Shown here in pieces: positions 59,546 to 64,000 of a DNA stretch of 64,000 nucleotides (within the stretch, counting starts at the first letter, position 1; each line of letters opens with the position of its first letter). The stretch spans positions 419,230 to 483,229 of the forward strand of contig PBKD01000014.1 of NCBI GenBank assembly GCA_002722055.1, written 5' to 3'. Made by a program: the position numbers and the translations under genes. Under the pieces are notes generated by a model, which saw only the letters and a program-made list of their open reading frames with translations, made no database searches and was not told the DNA's origin. Origin of the DNA: Rhodospirillaceae bacterium (GTDB lineage: Bacteria > Pseudomonadota > Alphaproteobacteria > SHVP01).

Positions 59546-60917
59546 CTAACTGCTTAACTGAGGGAATAAAACCATTCGAGTAATAAGGATCTTCAGAAAA
59601 TCTGTATGCTGAATGACCTGCAAACATCAAATCATTCTCTGTCTCATTTGTATGAATAACAGACTGTAATGTTTTTTGAATACAAAAAGATCTTGGATCA
59701 GGTTTTTTACCTGTTGTAAATGGTTTTTCCTGAGACCAATTAGAAAAAGAGCAATGGCTTAAACAACCCATACAATTAACTTGATCTTCTCTAATTTGCT
59801 TCATTTCTTTTTCAGTAACAAATAAAACTGAGTTATCAGGTGTTTTAAAAATTTTATCATAGCCCTGATTTTTCCAATCTAATATTTTTTGGTTATCACC
59901 GGAAGAGATAAAAATTGATTTTTTCCTTGCCCCTAATGATAGCTCTAAATCTTTTTTTTCATTTTTTTCTGTTGAATAACCTACTTGTCTCTCACTTCTT
60001 TCAATTAAATTTTGAATAAATGAGTTATTTACTGCTGAAGACCACATACCAGTAGGGCTAAATTTATTCAATTTAACATCACCTGAACTTAATCTTAATA
60101 ATTTCTGTTTCCACGAATCTGATATCGGGCTTTCTAAAGTTAGTAGGGGGCGAGTTCCAAATTGAAAAACTATCTGCCCAAGTTCAGAATTATCGATCCA
60201 GTCTTGCCATTCTCTCAAAAACCAAACACCTCCAGCCATAATTATGGGTACATTTTCAAGCCCAAACTCCCTCATACGCTGTCTTAACTCAAATACCCTT
60301 GGAAAGGGATCTTCAGGTTTATCAGGATCCTCACTATTAGAAAGACCATTATGCCCACCTGCTCTCCAAGGATCTTCGTAAACGACTCCACCTAACCAAT
60401 CTGAAAATTTATGATAAGCTCTTTTCCATAAAGCTCTGAATGCTCTCGCAGAGGACACTATTGGATAGTAGTAAACATCAAATTGTGAAGCTATCTCAGC
60501 AACCTTGTAAGGCATTCCTGCACCGCAAGTTATACCGTTTATTAATCCTCTAGCACCTTCAAGAACGTTATTCAATATTCTTTCTGCCGCTGCCATTTCC
60601 CAAAGTACATTCATATGCACCGGACCATGACCGCTAGCTTTTTCATAAGCTATTTGGGCCTGTTCTATCGCACCTTTAATTGCAAAATCAACTAATTCTT
60701 CATGCCTCTCTATCCTAGTTCTTCCAGAATATATTTGAGGTATAATATTCCCATTAGAGTCATAAGAATCGGCGTTGACTCCTGAAAAAGTACCAACTGC
60801 TCCAGCTGCTGCCCATGCTCCAGCACTATGACCATTTGTCACAGCAACACCTTTACCACCCTCTATTAATGGCAGTGCATCAAAACCAGATATTGAGACA
60901 CTATTTAAATTTTTCAC
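59520..60917 (-). CDS. nitronate monooxygenase (NMO / 2-nitropropane dioxygenase-like) family FMN oxidoreductase with a Cys-containing C-terminal extension
   Basis: 465 aa with the N-terminal NMO signature PLIEGGKGVAVTNGHSAGAWAAAGAVGTFSG and the TIM-barrel IIMAGGV. An extra roughly 120-aa C-terminus contains CMGCLSHC. Confidence 0.65.
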   Translation of the reverse strand: MKNLNSVSISGFDALPLIEGGKGVAVTNGHSAGAWAAAGAVGTFSGVNADSYDSNGNIIPQIYSGRTRIERHEELVDFAIKGAIEQAQIAYEKASGHGPVHMNVLWEMAAAERILNNVLEGARGLINGITCGAGMPYKVAEIASQFDVYYYPIVSSARAFRALWKRAYHKFSDWLGGVVYEDPWRAGGHNGLSNSEDPDKPEDPFPRVFELRQRMREFGLENVPIIMAGGVWFLREWQDWIDNSELGQIVFQFGTRPLLTLESPISDSWKQKLLRLSSGDVKLNKFSPTGMWSSAVNNSFIQNLIERSERQVGYSTEKNEKKDLELSLGARKKSIFISSGDNQKILDWKNQGYDKIFKTPDNSVLFVTEKEMKQIREDQVNCMGCLSHCSFSNWSQEKPFTTGKKPDPRSFCIQKTLQSVIHTNETENDLMFAGHSAYRFSEDPYYSNGFIPSVKQLVDRIVTGD

Positions 60918-60965
60918 GACTTAACTAAAAATAATAAACCTGAAAAATGTAGGTATTTTTTTATT

Positions 60966-63083
60966 CTAAGAATCATTTTCTTCCTCAATCTCATTACCAG
61001 AACTTTGGTCAATTGACTTAATAGAAAGGCGTATTTTACCCCTATCATCTAACGCAAGCACTTTAACCCATACCTGATCACCTTCGTTTACTACATCAGT
61101 AACTTTAGCTACTCGTTTTTGAGATAATTCACTTATATGAAGAAGACCATCTCTATTTCCTATAAAATTAACAAATGCGCCAAAATCAACTACTTTAACT
61201 ACTTTACCTTGGTATATTACGCCTACTTCTGGTTCAGCCACAATATCCTTTATCCAATTTACGGCAGCTTCACTTGATGAGCTATCAGGGCTAGCAACTT
61301 TTATAATGCCTTCATCGTCAATATCTATTTTAGCTCCAGTTGTTTCTGTAATCTCACGAATTACTTTACCACCAGATCCTATAACATCTCTTATTTTATC
61401 CTTTGGAATATTTAAGGTAGTTATCCTAGGGGCAAAGTCATTTACAGTATCTCGAGCCTCAGAAATTACCTCAGACATTTTACCTAAAATATGCATTCTT
61501 CCTTCATTAGCTTGATTTAAGGCAGTATCCATTATCTCTTTTGTTATGCCAGTAATTTTAATATCCATCTGAAGAGCAGTTACGCCATCTTTGGTTCCAG
61601 CGACTTTGAAATCCATATCTCCTAAGTGATCCTCATCACCCAAAATATCTGATAAAACAGCATGACCATCTTCTTCAAGAATTAAACCCATTGCAATGCC
61701 TGCACAAGGACTTTTCATTGGCACCCCAGCGCTCATTAGAGATAGAGAAGAAGCACAGACAGTGGCCATTGAAGATGAACCATTTGACTCTGTTATCTCA
61801 GAAACAACTCTAATCGTATAAGGAAAATCATCTTTGGATGGAAGTAATGGGTTTAGAGATCTCCATGCTAACTTTCCATGACCTATTTCTCTGCGACCAG
61901 GAGACATCATAAACTTTACTTCCCCTGTTGAATAAGGAGGAAAATTATAATGAAGCATAAATCTCTCTCTATATTCGCCTTCAAGAGCATCAAAAATTTG
62001 TTCATCTTGGGAGGTTCCTAAAGTTGTGACTGAAAGTGATTGAGTTTCTCCCCTTGTAAATACAGCAGAACCATGCACTCTAGGTATAATATCTGTTTCA
62101 GATATAATTGGCCTAACATCTCTTAAACCTCTACCATCTATTCTCTTACCTGTTTTTAAGACTTTAGTTCTTACGATATTTTTTTCTATAGACTTTACTA
62201 TATCACCAATAACCTCAGCACTAATTGATTCATCATTTAGATACTCTTCTTGAGCTCTGCTTTTAATTTCTGAGAGTTTTTCTGATCGTTGTTGTTTAGA
62301 AGTTTCTTTATAGGCTTGCTCAAGATCAGAATTAATAAGATTTTGAATATCTTTGTAAAGTGATGAATTTTCATCCGTCTCTGGAATATCCCAGGGTTCT
62401 TTTGCTGAATGCTCAGCTAAATCTATAATCGCTTTAATAGAATCTTGCATTTTTTCATGACCAAACATTACAGCGCCAAGCATTACTTCCTCTGATAATT
62501 CTTTTGCTTCAGATTCAACCATTAAAACTGCGTCCTTAGTACCTGCAACTACCAAATCTAAATCAGAATTAATCATTTCATCTGCAGTAGGGTTTAGTAC
62601 ATATTTTTTATCAATATAACCAACCCTTGCAGCTCCTAATGGTCCAAGAAAGGGCATACCAGAAATTGTAAGTGCTGCAGATGCTCCAACTAAAGATGGT
62701 ATATCAGGATTATTTTCTAAATCATGAGATAATACTGTACAAATAACTTGAGTTTCATTTTTGAATTTTGAATGAAAGAGAGGTCTAATTGGTCTATCAA
62801 TCAACCTTGATGTTAAGGTTTCTTTTTCTCCCGGCCTTCCTTCTCGCTTGAAAAAACCTCCTGGTATCTTTCCAGCAGCATAGCTTTTTTCTTGATAATT
62901 TACAGTAAGAGGAAAAAAATCTATGCCTGGCTTGGCAACTTTTTGAGCGACAGCTGTACATAAAACTGTCGTACCTCCATATGAAACCAACACAGCTCCA
63001 TCCGCTTGTCGGGCAAGCCTTCCTGTCTCAAGTTTAAGTTTCTTTCCTGCCCAATCAATTTCTTTATACTTCACATCAAACAT
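60966..63083 (-). CDS. pnp: polyribonucleotide nucleotidyltransferase (PNPase)
   Basis: 705 aa with two RNase PH domains plus KH and S1 domains ([19 protein letters not shown]). Confidence 0.97.
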   Translation of the reverse strand: MFDVKYKEIDWAGKKLKLETGRLARQADGAVLVSYGGTTVLCTAVAQKVAKPGIDFFPLTVNYQEKSYAAGKIPGGFFKREGRPGEKETLTSRLIDRPIRPLFHSKFKNETQVICTVLSHDLENNPDIPSLVGASAALTISGMPFLGPLGAARVGYIDKKYVLNPTADEMINSDLDLVVAGTKDAVLMVESEAKELSEEVMLGAVMFGHEKMQDSIKAIIDLAEHSAKEPWDIPETDENSSLYKDIQNLINSDLEQAYKETSKQQRSEKLSEIKSRAQEEYLNDESISAEVIGDIVKSIEKNIVRTKVLKTGKRIDGRGLRDVRPIISETDIIPRVHGSAVFTRGETQSLSVTTLGTSQDEQIFDALEGEYRERFMLHYNFPPYSTGEVKFMMSPGRREIGHGKLAWRSLNPLLPSKDDFPYTIRVVSEITESNGSSSMATVCASSLSLMSAGVPMKSPCAGIAMGLILEEDGHAVLSDILGDEDHLGDMDFKVAGTKDGVTALQMDIKITGITKEIMDTALNQANEGRMHILGKMSEVISEARDTVNDFAPRITTLNIPKDKIRDVIGSGGKVIREITETTGAKIDIDDEGIIKVASPDSSSSEAAVNWIKDIVAEPEVGVIYQGKVVKVVDFGAFVNFIGNRDGLLHISELSQKRVAKVTDVVNEGDQVWVKVLALDDRGKIRLSIKSIDQSSGNEIEEENDS

Positions 63084-63152
63084 TCTATCCTCTTATAGTT
63101 TTTTCTAAGGCTTGTCCTACACAAAAACCTTCCGCATTGAGTAAAATAAGAA

Positions 63153-63176
63153 GGAATCAATAATTTATTTGATTCC
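63153..63176 (-). terminator. rpsO terminator / pnp leader hairpin
   Basis: 8-bp inverted repeat GGAATCAA-(8-nt loop)-TTGATTCC, followed on the minus strand by a T-rich tract, in the rpsO-pnp spacer. Confidence 0.45.
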
Positions 63177-63198
63177 AGACTTGTTTACTAATTTAAGT

Positions 63199-63468
63199 TT
63201 ATTTTCGAATACCTAATCTTTTGATAACATTCTCATAGCGCTCAAAATCATTTTTCCTTAAGTAATTAAGCATTCTTCTTCGTTTATTAACTAACATTAA
63301 AAGGCCTCGTCTTGAATGTACATCCTTTTTGTGCTCTTTAAAATGTTCAGTTAGGTTTGAGATTCTTTCAGTTAAAATTGCAACTTGTACCTCTGGTGAA
63401 CCTGTATCACCTTTTTTAGTTGCGAATTCGTTTATAATCTCCGTCTTCTTTTCAGACGTGATCGACAT
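63199..63468 (-). CDS. rpsO: 30S ribosomal protein S15
   Basis: 89 aa, [12 protein letters not shown]…[25 protein letters not shown]. The start was chosen at an internal ATG preceded by AGGAG, not the 118-aa track ORF. Confidence 0.9.
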   Translation of the reverse strand: MSITSEKKTEIINEFATKKGDTGSPEVQVAILTERISNLTEHFKEHKKDVHSRRGLLMLVNKRRRMLNYLRKNDFERYENVIKRLGIRK

Positions 63469-63481
63469 CATTTTTCTCCTA

Positions 63482-64000
63482 TTAAATATTAAAAACTTTT
63501 TTTGGAGTAATAAAACCGTTAACAACTTGCGCAATTGCAACAGGTTCATTACCACAAACTACTAAAACTTTTTTTTCATTCTGAGACAGGGTTATTGCTA
63601 CTTTCTGTCCAAAACGAAGCTTTTTCGCAACTTTGTCATCTACGTCTAAAGCCAGGATGTCGTCCAGTCCCTTTTGTAATGGCAATATTGCATCATCTAT
63701 TCGACCACTATGACTTAAGTCTCTTAGAGAATCCAGAGAAAACGAGTGAATTTCGTTAAAAGGTCCTGCAAATACTCTATAAAGCCAGCCTACATGTGCA
63801 TATGTATTAAGTAATTTAGCTAATTCAACAGCTAAAGATCGAATATATGTCCCTTTACTACAAATCACTTTAAGTCTTGAAGATTTAGAATTATGATTAA
63901 TAAGGTTAAAACTTTCTATAAATATTTCCCGTGGTTGTAATTGAACTTTTTTTCCTAATCTTGCAAGCTTATAAGCTGGCTGTCCATTAACTTTTATTGC
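63482..64000 (-). CDS. truB: tRNA pseudouridine(55) synthase, 5' end beyond the window
   Basis: …[19 protein letters not shown]…[10 protein letters not shown]… The frame stays open upstream of the track's internal Met to the window edge. Confidence 0.85.
   Translation of the reverse strand, partial: AIKVNGQPAYKLARLGKKVQLQPREIFIESFNLINHNSKSSRLKVICSKGTYIRSLAVELAKLLNTYAHVGWLYRVFAGPFNEIHSFSLDSLRDLSHSGRIDDAILPLQKGLDDILALDVDDKVAKKLRFGQKVAITLSQNEKKVLVVCGNEPVAIAQVVNGFITPKKVFNI

Overview
This is a very AT-rich (roughly 25-40% GC by eye), gene-dense, streamlined alphaproteobacterial chromosome segment; the synteny and composition are most consistent with a SAR11/Pelagibacterales-like marine genome. 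About 60 protein genes are present, almost all without intergenic slack and many translationally coupled; no rRNA, tRNA, CRISPR or mobile element is visible. The recognisable blocks, in order:
- LapA-like tail - pyrF - trpF - trpB - trpA - accD - folC, then trxA.
- The conserved alphaproteobacterial unit tsaE - amgK-like - murU-like - addB - addA on the minus strand.
- A ChvI/ChvG-like two-component pair followed by ahcY.
- A PomA/MotA-MotB-like stator pair.
- Three tandem paralogous FAD-binding (fumarate-reductase-flavoprotein-like) oxidoreductases with an SDR inserted between them.
- polA, a 50-aa zf-CHCC mini-gene, an orphan ABC ATPase, and fhs.
- A branched-chain-amino-acid-type binding protein convergent with two permease genes (shared bidirectional terminator), hldD - hldE, and YcgN - YgjP-like - MFS.
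- The replication-initiation block rpsT - (362-bp spacer) - rhodanese - dnaA - dnaN - recF - gyrB.
- mutM divergent from ubiE - ubiB, then dut - ThiF/MoeB-like - DsrE-like.
- irr followed by a rubrerythrin / CCG-domain Fe-S protein / DUF3501 operon, with an Irr-box (ICE)-like palindrome in its promoter.
- truB - rpsO - pnp.
The candidates most worth follow-up are the Irr + ICE + rubrerythrin/HdrD-like/DUF3501 module, the MotAB-like stator with no flagellar context in this window, the FAD-oxidoreductase triplication, an AddA that appears to lack its C-terminal nuclease domain, and a tightly coupled ThiF/MoeB-DsrE-like pair.
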